DNA of 64,000 nt from Malacoraja senta (Eukaryota). Positions 25,357-37,559 of the stretch are shown piece after piece (the first letter of the stretch is position 1; every line of letters begins with the position of its first letter). The DNA lies in NCBI GenBank assembly GCA_038087875.1, contig JAXLNO010000079.1, positions 124,001-188,000 of the forward strand, in the 5' to 3' direction. Made by a program: the position numbers and the translations under genes. Below the pieces are notes generated by a model. It was not told where the DNA came from, searched no databases, and worked only from the letters and a program-made list of their open reading frames with translations.

Positions 25357-27511
25357 TGTAGATGGTTTATGCATGCAACCAATAATATAGCTACCTCAGT
25401 ACCACTAACCACGCCTTAGTTATCAAGTATAAGAACTCTATCTCCCATGTGCTCCTCCCTTGGTTCCAGCATGATGACAGACTGGGTGCAGTCAGTGCTG
25501 GAAAGTGTTTAACCTGTCTTATCATTAAACGTTAAGTAAAGCTACAAGTGAGTCAGACTCAGCTTCTTTACATGGTGTCAGAAGTGGGATTCGAACCCAC
25601 GCCTCCAATTGGACGTATGATGCTGCAACTCCAGCGTTTTGATTTTGAAATCACATATAAGAAGGGAACGGAGATGCATGTTGCTGACACACTTTCTCGT
25701 GCCCCACGGGCATCCTGTGACCGCCACCCTTACGAGCAGGAAAACCTACTCGTACTGAATGTCAACTTTGTTCCAACCAAGCAGCTACAGAGCCTGATCG
25801 AGCACACCGCCGCGGACCCCGCACTGCAGCAGCTGGCTGCCGTCATCAAGCGCGGGTGGCCCGTCAAACGTACCAATTTGCCATCGGGCGCCCAACCGTT
25901 CTTCCTGGTCCGCGACGAGCTGGTGATCCAGGATGGGGTTATCGCCAAAGGCCACAAAGTTGTGGTCCCAGCCTCTCTATATGATCTATACTACAACGCA
26001 GCCCACAGTGGTCATCCTGGAATCGAGGCCACTGTTTCTCATGCCCAAGGACAGTTCTACTGGCCGGGCATGGCCAACTACATCAGGAACCGGGTGTCCT
26101 CCTGTGTCTCCTGCAACAACCTTACCCCACACCAGCAGCATCAACCTCTTCTGCAGCAGCCGGCGCCAGCCATGCCTTGGACATCGCTGGCTGCTGACAT
26201 ATTCGAATGGCGGGGTAAGCACTTTCTCGTCCTGGTGGACTCATTCTCCAATTGGTTCGAGATTGACCACCTTCCGTCCACCACCTCCGGGAAGGTCATC
26301 GCAAAGATGCGTGAGCATTTCGCCACCCACGGCGTCCCTGTCCGCTTACAGACCGACAATGGACCGCAATTCACAAGTGCCGAGTTCAAAGCTTTCGCTA
26401 CTAGGTGGAACTTCCATCACTACACCAGCAGCCCTGAGTACCCTCAGAGTAACGGCCTGGCCAAACGGGCCGTGCGGAGTGCTAAGGGCCTGATGGAACA
26501 GTCCCGCCTGTCTAATAGCGATTTTTACCTGGACTTACTTAACCTACGTAACGTTTCACGGGACCCGCTTATGGGTTCCCCTGCCCAACGTCTGATGTCC
26601 AGGGTGACTAGACCACCTATGCCCATCGCCCAGCAGTCCCTGCTACCCAAGGTGCTCTATCCTACCACAGTCCAACAACGGATCCATCATAAACATGAAG
26701 TTCAACGGCGTTCCCACGACAGGTCCTGCCGCCCTCTGCTGCCTCTGCTACCCGGGCAGGTCTTTCGGATGCGGACCACCACCGGCTATTCCCGCCTCGC
26801 GACGGTGACTGGCGTGGACGACTCTCCAAGATCTTACCTGGTGGATTACGAGGGAACTACCTACCGACGAAGCCGTCAGCACCTGTTGGCCGTGAACGAG
26901 CCAAAGCCTCCTCCTGCGGCTCCTTATACTCCTCCGTTGTCGTTTCCACCTGCTGCTGCTGATCACCCTGCTGCTCCATGCGTGCCCCATTCCCCTCGCT
27001 TAGTGCGGTCTCCTGTTTCGTTGCCTCCTGGTCTTGGCCGGTCGCTTTCACCTCCTGCACGTCCTCCCCCTCCTATCTCTCCCGCTCCGGCTGCATCTCC
27101 CCCTCCCTTGACTTTCCTGCCTGCCTCCGCTACGGCTTCTCTTCTTTCTGATGGGGGGGGGGAAGGTTCTGTACGTACGCGTTCGGGTCGCATTGTTAAG
27201 CCGCCTGACCGCTACGGCGACTTTGCCTAAATTCGCACATTTATTGTAATAGCACTATCCTGATTGCCTCCATGTGCATTTGATTCTACGGGGAAGGATG
27301 TAGATGGTTTATGCATGCAACCAATAATATAGCTACCTCAGTACCACTAACCACGCCTTAGTTATCAAGTATAAGAACTCTATCTCCCGTGTGCTCCTCC
27401 CTTGGTTCCAGCATGACAGACTGGGTGCAGTCAGTGCTGGAAAGTGTTTAACCTGTCTTATCATTAAACGTTAAGTAAAGCTACAAGTGAGTCAGACTCA
27501 GCTTCTTTACA
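25357..27511 (+). mobile_element. Gypsy LTR retrotransposon, internally deleted (integrase only)
   Basis: LTRs 25357-25572 and 27299-27511 (TG...CA), 5-bp TSD ctgtc, tRNA-Leu PBS, PPT acggggaagga. Confidence 0.97.
25618..27230 (+). pseudogene. Gypsy pol remnant: end of RNase H plus integrase
   Basis: HHCC zinc finger (AHSGHPG...CVSC), LAADIF and TDNGPQF motifs; SNGLAKRAV has K where the catalytic E is expected. Confidence 0.9.
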
Positions 27512-27649
27512 CTGTCATTCTATTTTGTGCAAGATCATACTAAACCAATACATCAGAGATTATTTTTAAGGAATTGGTGCTCAACACCAATATACAAATT
27601 ATTAAATATAAATTTACACCAAAAATTGATTAGTTGGTACACATCTCAC

Positions 27650-27807
27650 CATTTTCCCATTCACTGTAGCTTCTAAGGAATCCACCAGTTCTGCAGTGAC
27701 TCCAATCAGGTTATGGTAATCCTCTTGTATCTTGCTGTATCTCCTCATGTATGTTGCTGCTTTTTGCTCAGTCTCTGTTAGCCGTTGCTGTAGTTGATGC
27801 ACCAGTT
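27650..27807 (-). CDS. armc9: ARMC9 coding exon 7 (158 nt, coiled coil)
   Basis: (E)[52 protein letters not shown]; ggcag acceptor in phase 1, ATG|gtgaga donor. Confidence 0.96.
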
Positions 27808-28847
27808 CTGCCAATATAATGTTAACAAATGCCCATGCAAAATTGTCTTAATTTATTTCTGTTTTAAATGAAATTGTTTCACGTGCAACGAATTTTTAAA
27901 ATAAAACTGTCACATGTTCAAATGATGAAGAATTTATAATTTGTGCATTTGTCAGGTATAAAATCGGTGAAATGGAATGCCATCCAGATGCTCCTTCTTC
28001 ATTTTGAGTGGCCATGTGTCAGGGATTCCTTTGAATCAGAGGGGACATTGCATTTTCCCTCAGAGGTTTGAGAACATTCTTGTATCATTTCCTTTGTCTG
28101 CGTTTAGTCTCTTGCCAGGATGACGCTTGGAACAGACAAACTTTTACTAAACTGTTTTTCCTGCTATTTAGTCTTCATCCCTTTACTGTAACATTGACTC
28201 CTGGAATTGCGTTTCCTCTTGCATCCAGGTGTGTTTGTTGTTAGATTAATTGTACACTAAATTACATCAAGTGAGATGGGTAGTAGGAGAATCTGGGTGG
28301 AACTGATGGTCGTGTGAAATCATAAACAGGTAACAGCAAAGTAGCGATTGGGATGGCTGGGATTGTTTTGATAGATGGGCCGAATGCTTTTCTTTTATGT
28401 GGTAAGAGAATAAAGAAAACCGATATATTGTCTTACACTAATTTATGTGGTTCTATTTTAATCTTTATCATTACAGCCAAACAGAATTAAACCCAACTTC
28501 TATACTCAATACTCTTGACTGATGAAGGCCAATGTGCCAAACGCCTTTTTGACCACCCTATCTACCTGCGACTCCACCATCAAGGAACCATGCACCTGCA
28601 CTCCTGTATATATAGCTGCACTTTCAAAGACAGTAATCCAATAATTCAATCATTATTCACAAATAAAATATTGGTGAACAATCAGGTATTAACAATACTT
28701 TGAAAATAGTAATAAATTGCCAAATTTTTCATTTTAAGGAAGATTAAAAGTTCTCCACAATGCTTTAACCAACTAGAAGTTTACTGTCCGTGATAAAAGA
28801 AACAAATAGCAATCTCAAAAGCTAAAAATTAAATTGAATGCCCTTAC

Positions 28848-28872
28848 CTTTGTATTCCTGTCCATTTTCTTT
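28848..28872 (-). CDS. armc9: ARMC9 coding microexon 6 (25 nt)
   Basis: AAA GAA AAT GGA CAG GAA TAC AAA G = KENGQEYK plus 1 nt (human KENGQSNK). Preceded by U12 branch site TCCTTAAC and followed by gtaagg; it supplies the phase needed by the next exon. Confidence 0.9.
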
Positions 28873-29752
28873 CTTTGAAATATGGGTTAAGGACCACTGC
28901 TTTTAAGTTGAACTCAGGTTTAAATTTTATTGAATTTGTAAAACCAAATCAAAACCTCGATTTCCTGCTACTACTCCGTGAATTTGTAACATCAAAAGCT
29001 TGCTAGGGACAAAGGCAAGCTGAGAGGTGATTGTCAACATGGCAGATGGAATTCAAGGTCAGTGTTCAGAAGGACTTGGGCATACTTGGATACAAATCAT
29101 TAAAAATCAACCTGCATGTATTTCAAAGGCATATCGTTTGTTGGCCTATTTCAGTTTAGTTTATTCAGTTTAGTTGTAAGAATATGGGTATATCTGCAAT
29201 ACTGTGTACTCTAGACTCCCTATCCAAGAAAAATATGTAATTGAGATAAGGAAAGTGCAACAAATGTTGATTAGATTGATTCCAGATCCGGGAATCCATT
29301 ACTCGAGTCATTCGCTCTCTCTTGATCTCTATTGTATTGCAGGCATTCTGTTTTTTTCTCTGCATTCCTTTCCCTCATTTACAATATATACAAGACATTC
29401 TGTTGATCCAGCTCACATGCTTTGTCCAAGTTAGGTGGCCATGATTGATCTATAACCAAGAATCAAGTTCAGCCATCTCATTGAGAAATTCAGTTAATTA
29501 ACATCCATCTATTGACTCATTTTTCTTATCTGAGAAAGAAAGGTTAAATATCCATTATCCTCACCAACCTGAAGCTTCAACTGTTTCTGTCTGCAAATGC
29601 TCCCTGGGTATTTTCAGCAGTTAGTTTTTTTTGTCATTCCAGGATACATGGTCAGCTTCCTCCTCTTCTTCCCCCTCCTTTCAGCATTTGAAAACTAAAT
29701 CTGTTATAATAATTAAAAGTTTCCAAGTAAATTAAGATTTATAGAAGGATAC
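28873..29752 (-). other. U12-type (minor spliceosome) GT-AG intron of ARMC9
   Basis: 5' splice site GTATCCTT; branch site TCCTTAAC at 28886-28893, just upstream of the AG; no polypyrimidine tract. Confidence 0.92.
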
Positions 29753-29845
29753 AAATATCGAGAGCAGCCGTGGGACTCTGGGCATTTTCAAGCTCGCGGA
29801 AATAAATTTCTGCATTTTCAACTTCAAATCAAGAGTCCAAGAATC
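29753..29845 (-). CDS. armc9: ARMC9 coding exon 5 (93 nt)
   Basis: DSWTLDLKLKMQKFISASLKMPRVPRLLSIF; ttttcag acceptor; followed by U12-type donor GTATCCTT. Confidence 0.93.
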
Positions 29846-30362
29846 CTGAAAAGTTAAATTAACAGACAGCCATAAAAAAAATAAGAGCTCGACAAAAAGA
29901 GCGTATTTTTGTGAAGCTTTCAAGGTGGATTTTTTTTTTAAATTACCTGGAAAGCCATATGATATTCTAAACTTTATAAATTAAGTTATAAAGAGGAGTT
30001 GTTATAGATATAATATCCCCTTACTCACTTTCCCTGCATTAGCTGAATAGGGTTTGTCTAGAACTAGTAGAAAGTGATAGTCAGATATCATATGCTTAAT
30101 TTCAACAATAGTAAGTCCATTGTTTTCTGTGAATGTTAAAATAATAAGAGACAACAATTACTTCACTATCTTCTTATAATTAACAAACAAAACATGAGCT
30201 TACTTGCCAAAGACACTTTTGGAAAGCTGCTGGAGTATATCCTCTTGGAGTATGTCATCAATGGCTATACTTATTGGGAATTGTCACAGGAAGCTGGCAG
30301 TCACTTTTCTGATTCTATTCCATCATGAAAGTAATCCCTCAGCATTATTTTGTGCAGACACA

Positions 30363-32025
30363 CACTGCCCTCCATAATATTTGGGACAAAGACCCATCAT
30401 TTATTTATTTGTCTCTGTACTCCACAATTTGAGATTTGTAATAGAAAAAAATCACATGTGGTTAAAGTGCACTGTCAGATTTTATTGAAGGGTATTTTTA
30501 CACATTTTGGTTTCACCATGTAGAAATTACAGCAGTGTTTATACATAGTCCCCCATTTAAGGGCACCATAATGTTTGGGACACATGGCTTCATAGGTATT
30601 TGGAATGGCTCAGATGTGTTTAAATGCCTCCTTAATGTAGGTATAAGAGAGCTCTCAGCACCTAGTCTTTCTCCCAGTTTTTCCATCATCTTTGGAAACT
30701 TATATCGCTGTTTATCAACATGAGGACCAAAGTTGTGCCAATGAAAGTCAAAGAAGCCATTATGTGCCAATGAAAGTCAAAGAAGCCATTATGAGACTGA
30801 GAAACAAGAATACAACTGTTTGAGACATCAGCCAAACCTTAGGCTTACCAAAATCAACTGTTTGGAACATCATTAAGAAGAAAGAGAGCACTAGTGAGCG
30901 TACTAATCGCGAACGGACTGACAGGCCAAGGAAGACCTCCACAGCTGATGACAGAAGAATTCACTCTGTAATAAAGAAAAATCCCCAAACACCTGACCGA
31001 CAGATCAGAAACAATCTTCAGGAGTCAGGTGTGGATTTGCCAATGACCACTGTCCGCGAAATACTTCATCATGAACAGAAATACAGAGGCTACACTGCAA
31101 GATGCAAACCATTGTTTAGCTGCAAAAAAAAGGATGGCCAGGTTAAAAGAGCAACCACAGTTCTGGAAAAAAGGTCTTGTGGACAGATGAGACAAAGATT
31201 AACTTATATCAGAGTGATGTCAAGAGCAAAGTATGGAGGAGAGAAGGAACTGCCCAAGATCCAAAGCATACCACCTCATCTGTGAAACACGGTGGTGGGG
31301 GTGTTATGGCCTGGGCATGTATGGCTGCTGAAGGTACTGGCTCACTTATCTTCATTGATGATACAACTGCTGATGGTAGCAACATAATGAATTCTGAAGT
31401 GTATAGACACATTCTATCTGCTCAAGTTGAAACAAATGCCTCAAAACTCATTGGCCGGCAGTTCATTCTACAGCAAGACAATGATCCCAAACATACGGCT
31501 AAAGCAACAAAGGAGTTTTTCAAAGCTAAAACATGGTCAATTCTTTAGTGGCCAAGTCAATCACCCGATCTGAACCCAATTGAGCATGCCTTTGAAATGC
31601 TGAAGAGAAAACGGAAGGGGACTAGCCCCCAAAACAAGCATAAGCTAAAGATGGCTGCAAAACAAGCCTGGCAGAGCATCACCAGAGAAGACACCCAGCA
31701 ACTGGTGATGTCCATGAATCGCAGACTTCAAGCAGTCATTGCATGCAAAGAATATGCTACAAAATACTAAACATGACTACTTTCATTTATATTACATTGC
31801 TGTGTCCCAAACATTATGGTGCCCTGAAAATGGGGGGACTATATATAAACACTGCTGTAATTTCTACATGGTGAAACCAAAATGTGTAAAAATGCCCTTT
31901 ATTAAAATCTGACAATGTGCACTGTAACCACATGTGATTTTTTCTATTACAAATCTCAAATTGTGGAGTATAGAGGCAAATAAATAAATGATGGGTCATT
32001 GTCCCAAACATTATGGAGGGCACTG
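30363..32025 (+). mobile_element. Full-length Tc1-family transposon with disrupted transposase
   Basis: TIRs of about 200 bp (cactgccctccataat...attatggagggcactg|ta); WTDETKINLY, VKHGGGGVMAW, QQDNDPKH; stops, frameshifts and a small internal duplication near the ATG. Confidence 0.96.
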
Positions 32026-32519
32026 TAATCAAGCAGAATGCCTCTCGTTCTATTTTGATAGTTTGCATTGATAATAGAACCACCTTCCCAGCTAGAAACA
32101 TAATGTAAAATTCTGATGTGTACTTTAGCTTTTCACTTTTCTTCAGTTTATTTTTGCCTGTTTTGTTTTCTCTAAGATCACCTCAACCTAACTAGACTGA
32201 TCATGGTATCATCTTGAATCCTAAATATCATAAATAACATCCTAAATATCTTTACATTCTCTTGGAAATCTGTACAGAAAAGTACAGTGTAGTGCAACAT
32301 TTACTCAGGAGTGCAACTCAGTATCATCTACTGTCTCCCAGAAAACCTAACCTGAAAAACTTGGTTTAAATAATGGAATAATTGATACTCCTGCAGTGAT
32401 GCAATCTATGTGGAAAGAAGTGGCAGGCCTGGTCCTGAAACCTTTGAGCTAATAGGCCCAAGGGGACAAAAAACATTTATTCAGTGCAAAAATAAACAAT
32501 GCAGGAACTTACAAATAAT

Positions 32520-33092
32520 AGATGGCGGCGCCTTGCGGCAGCGGCCACTGCAGTCCGTCTGTCTTTTCTTTTTTTTTGTCCAGTTAGGTGTATGTTTTTT
32601 GTTTTATTTTATTTTTAGCTGTGTATATGTGGGGGGGGTTGGGGGTGGGGAGGCTCCGGCTGCAGGCCCTGTGGACGGTAACATCGGGAGCTCGCGGGTC
32701 CCTGGTGGGAGACTGCTTTTCGGAGCTCCTGCAATGGCAACTTCGCCCGCCGAATCAAGGGGTTTAAATCGACCTGAAGCAGGGCCTTACATCGCCCGGT
32801 GCGGCTTAAACAGCCGCGGGACTTACCATCGCCCACCGGGGGCTCTAACATCAAAAGCCTCGATCAGCTCGATGCAGCAGTTCGACTGCTTGACTGCGGG
32901 AGAGGAAAAATAAAGAACAGAGAACAGGGAAGCGATAAAACGTTGCCTTCCATCACAGTGAGGAGGTGTTTGGAGATTCACTGTGATGGATGTGTGGAAT
33001 TGTTAATTGTGTGTTTTGGTTTTCTTGCTGTTATGACCGCAGGAACGTAATCTCGTTTGAACGTTGTATGTTTAAATGACAATAAATGGCAT

Positions 33093-33145
<53 letters not shown>

Positions 33146-33146
33146 A
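32520..33146 (+). mobile_element. GC-rich non-autonomous retroelement with (TCTA)n tail
   Basis: Starts agatggcggcg, carries the conserved hairpin, ends aatgacaataaa plus (tcta)n. Confidence 0.75.
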
Positions 33147-33489
33147 AGAATAACAAGCCATTTACCACACTAACAGCTGCAATAAAAATACGCTAATTTC
33201 TACAGCTCCTGTAACAATCTAAAAACTTTACAATTATTATATCTCTCTGAAGTGGTCTTTGCATTAACATATCAAATGTTCAGTCATCCCAAAGACAGCA
33301 AGCCCCTCCTAAACAACAATGTGATCATGACAAGATAATCTACTTAATTAATTGTTTATCACGCCAGGTGTCTATAGTCAGAACTCCCAGGACTACTCCC
33401 TCCTGCCTGTATGCCACCATGCTGCTGCCTCTGGTGGGCCCGTCTTGCATATGAGACAGACACAGCCTGCAAATGGAATTGTCTGTAAA

Positions 33490-34432
33490 GTAAGTTCAAG
33501 TTCAAGTTTAGTTTATTCGTCACATACACATACGAGATGTGCAGTGAAATGAAAAGTGGCAATGCTTGCGGATTGTGCAAAAAAAACTACAAAACAGAAT
33601 GGAACAGAATCACATATTACATATTTGTGGGAGGAAAAAAAAGAAAAAAACAGCAATTTTAAAAAGACACCACACAACAGTAAATTGGTTCAGTAAAGTT
33701 AGTCCCTGGTGAGATAGGAGTTTACAGTCCTAATGGCCTCTGGGAAGAAACTCCTTCTCATCCTCTCCGTTTTCACAGCATGGCAACGGAGGCGTTTGCC
33801 TGACCGTAGCAGCTGGAACAGTCCGTTGCTGGGGTGGAAGGGGTCTCCCATGATCTTGTTGGCTCTTCTGATGTACCTTCTGATGTATAGTTCCTGCAGG
33901 GGGGCGAGTGTAGTTCCCATAGTGCGTTCGGCGGAACGCACTACTCTCTGCAGAGCCTTCTTGTCCTGGGCAGAGCAGTTCCCAAACCAAATTGTGATGT
34001 TTCCGGACAAGATGTTTTCCACAGCCGCTGAGTAGAAGCACTGGAGGATCCTCAGAGACACTCTGAATTTCCTCAATTGCCTGAGGTGGTAAAGGCGCTG
34101 CCTTGCCTTACTCACCAGTGCGGCAGCGTGTGATGTCCATGTCAGATCCTCTGAGATGTGGACTCCCAGGTATTTAAAGCAGCTCACCCTACCCACAGTA
34201 TCCCCATTTATCTTCAGTGGTGTGTACGTCCTCGGATGTTGTGCCCTCCTAAAGTCCACGATCAGCTCCTTCGTTTTTTTGACATTCAAGAGGAGGCTGT
34301 TGTCCTGACACCAGAGTGCCAGATCAGCCAGCTCCTCCCGGTAGGCCTTCTCATCGTTATTGGAGATCAGACCCACCACCACAGTGTCATCAGCAAACTT
34401 GATTATAGAGTTGGAGCTGAACCTAGCCACAA
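33490..34432 (-). mobile_element. Rex1/Babar-like LINE 3' part
   Basis: IIKFADDTVVVGLISNNDEKAYREE, KTKELIVDFRR, FKYLGVHI; (ttgaac)n-type tail. Confidence 0.92.
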
Positions 34433-35290
34433 GTAAGATTCTATGGCTATGTCTGTTGCTTAACTAATTGATGGGAAAGCTCTACTCACATAACTACTAG
34501 TTTTTGTGGTCAAGAGTACGAAGACTAATAATTGTTTTTCCAATACTGGAAATGAATGAACATAAATTTTAAAAAATGCCACGGTGGGTTTTGAACTCAA
34601 GTATCACAACATAGGAAGCATAATTATGAAAACTGCTCGTTTTCTTCAGGAGAGGACGCCAAAGACTAGCAGCACAATATGAAGAATAGGGCCATGATTA
34701 AAATGTATCCATCACTCATCACCGGCAATAATAAATAAATTAACATACGGTCACCTCACTGCTGATTTTTGCTAATCATCCAATCATTCATTGTTAGTAA
34801 AGCACTCTGAGCTGTCCTGAGCACATGAAATTACCGTTGAACTACAAATACTTTCCTTCTTGTTCATTATCAGGCAATGGAAAGAATGGGAAAATATTAT
34901 AAGGGAAGAGTCTATGTACATTTAAATTTTAAAAGTCAATAGGTTTTGTTCTTCACACACAGAACACATTCATGATCTCAATTATCATGAAAATGGACAC
35001 TGGTATATTCTCAGATTATTTCAATGGACCAGTAAAATGATACAACAATGACATCCAAAATTATTTAGAGAAGTTATTGAAAAAATGATTGTACTCTATG
35101 ACACCAGATACATTATCTCACAGAAGTATCTCGAGGAACATAATGCTTTGTCAGCATTTCCCACCTGTGGCTCCAATGGAAAAATGCCTCCTCTGTGAGA
35201 TTTAACCCATCAGCTGAGGAATGCAAAGACAGTATTGCATATCTAAATGTCACATCAGCAATGGACAACAGGACAAAGAGTAGCTCATAC

Positions 35291-35446
35291 CTGAAACAGC
35301 TCCTTAAAAGAGGGGTGTATAGTGGGATTGGGGACAAACGGCAGTGCATAATAGGGCAGGAATTCTGTTGTTTGACTTAATGCTGCCCCTCTCGTTTCCA
35401 GGTACGTTTTGAAATGAGAGGTTCTTTCTTCCACATCATCTTTGCC
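35291..35446 (-). CDS. armc9: ARMC9 coding exon 4 (156 nt)
   Basis: [52 protein letters not shown], near-identical to the ARMC9 motif; AG/GT boundaries. Confidence 0.96.
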
Positions 35447-35772
35447 CTGTTGAAAAGGCATTCGGTTTTAAGAGATAAAGTTCAACTAACCATGTTTCAA
35501 ATTACACACTTTCTTTATTTAATTAATGCTTATGTTGCTTTTGAGGTGGTTAGAAAACTCCCATTCGATCAAACATTGCAATTAGATTTTTCTCAAAAAA
35601 TGTCCCTTCTGATTTTCTTCTTTCACTGCTCAAGGTGAAATCAATGGGTTATTCCAAATCTGTAACCTACCGCATGTTCTGAATGAACATATTTCACTTT
35701 TATTATATTTATAAACCATGTCCCAACATTTGTATGCATTACATTAACATTTTGATAAGAAGATTTAATCTA

Positions 35773-36392
35773 AAGTGAAGAAAGCTAATGGAATGTTGGC
35801 CTTCATAACAATAGGATTTCAGTATAGGAGTAAAGAGGTTCTTCTACAGTTGTATAGGGCTCTGGTGAGACCACATCTGGAGTATTGTGTCCAGTTTTGG
35901 TCTCCTAATTTGAGGAAGGACATCCTTGTGATTGAGGCAGTGCAGCGTAGGTTCATGAGATTGATCCATGGGATGTCGGGACAGTCATATGAGGAAAGAT
36001 TGAAAAGACTAGGCTTGTATTCACTGGAGTTTAGAAGGATGAGGGGGAATCTTATAGAAACATATAAATTTATAAAAAGACTGGACAAGCTAGATGCAGG
36101 AAAAATGTTCCCAATGTTGGGCAAGTCCAGAACCAGGGGACACAGTCTTAGAATAAAGGGGAAGCCATTTAAGACTGAGGTGAGAAAAAACTTTTTCACC
36201 CAGAGAGTTGTGAATTTGTGGAATTCCCTGCCACAGAGGGCAGTGGAGGCCAAGTCACTGGATGGATTTAAGAGAGAGTTAGATAGAGCTCTAGGAGCTA
36301 GTGGAATCAAGGGATATGGGGAGAAGGCAGGCACGGGTTATTGATTGGGGACGATCAGCCATGATCACAATGAATGGCGGTGCTGGCTCGAA
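35773..36392 (+). mobile_element. CR1 LINE 3' fragment
   Basis: LVRPHLEYCVQFWSP to EKAGTGY. Confidence 0.93.
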
Positions 36393-37368
36393 GTCAAGTC
36401 AAGTCAAGTCAAATTTATTTATATAGCACATTTAAAAAACAACTCTCGTTGGCCAAAGTGCTTTACATTTGTTATAACAATAGCACAAACAAAACAAACT
36501 ACATACATATATACATGTAGCCCTCACTCACAGGACGTCAGGAAAGGCTTGGGAGTATAGATAAGTCTTTAGTCTTGACTTAAAAGAGTCGAAGGAGGGG
36601 GCAGTTCTGATGGGAAAGGGGATGCTGTTCCACAGTCTAGGGGCTGCAACCGCAAAGGCGCGGTCGCCCCTGAGCATATGCCTACACCGCGGGATATTCA
36701 GCAATATTTTATGTAGGTGGGGGCAAGCCCATTGAGGGCTTTGTAGACATGGAGGAGGATCTTGGAGTTTATACGGAACTGCACAGGGAGCCAGTGGAGA
36801 CAGGCCACGATCGGGGTGATGTGGTCCCTTTTTCGGGTGCCCGTCAGGAGTCTCGCTGCGCGTTTTGGACCAGTTGCAGGCGGGACAGGGAAGATTGGCT
36901 GATGCCAGTGTAAAGGGAGTTGCAGTAATCTAGGCGGGAGGAGATGAATGTGTGGATGATCTTTTCGAGGTCATCAAACTGGAGGAATTGTTTTATTTTA
37001 GCTATCGTCCGAAGCTGAAAGAAGCTAGCTTTTACCACGGCATTGACTTGTTTGTCAAATTTCAGTGCTGAGTCAAATATCACGCCAAGGTTTTTGACGT
37101 GAGGTTTGAGTAGTGGGGTAAGGCTTCCAAGGCTGCCTGCTATCATTTTGATTGAGTCCGAGGGGCCGAGAAGGATGACCTCAGACTTACTCTCGTTTAG
37201 TTGGAGGAAGTTCTGGGCCATCCAACACTTTATATCCTCGAGGCAGTGGATAAGGTTAAGCAGATTTGATTGGTTTTTGGGCTTCAGGGGGAGATAGAGT
37301 TGTGTATCGTCTGCATAGCAATGGAAGGAAATGCCGTGCCTTTCAATGACTTGGCCTAAGGGGACCAT
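36393..37368 (-). mobile_element. L2-clade LINE 3' part
   Basis: FHCYADDTQLY, WMAQNFLQLNESKSE, SRLDYCNSL, LQLVQNA; (ttgac)n tail. Confidence 0.9.
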
Positions 37369-37559
37369 ATAGAAGGGCTGTATGGCCTCCTCCTGCACCT
37401 ATTTTCTATGTTTCTAAATGAATGGTCTTTAAAAGTTACCATTTTTTACCTTTCAGGAAAGAAAAGACGGATGAACTACGATGTAATATGACCACGTTAA
37501 GGGAAAGTTTCAATGCATAAAATATGTAGTAGGTGGGAAGAGAAGCAGAGTCAGCACTT

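Noticed and set aside
25573..25607. tRNA-Leu gene on the minus strand
   Set aside because: Only the 3' 35 nt are present, including CCA, at the PBS position of an LTR element. It is a reverse-transcribed copy, not a gene.
25548..27230. 560-aa ORF as a domesticated or functional integrase gene
   Set aside because: It starts at a GTG inside the LTR, runs through the PBS, lies within a young TE, and has K at the catalytic E position.
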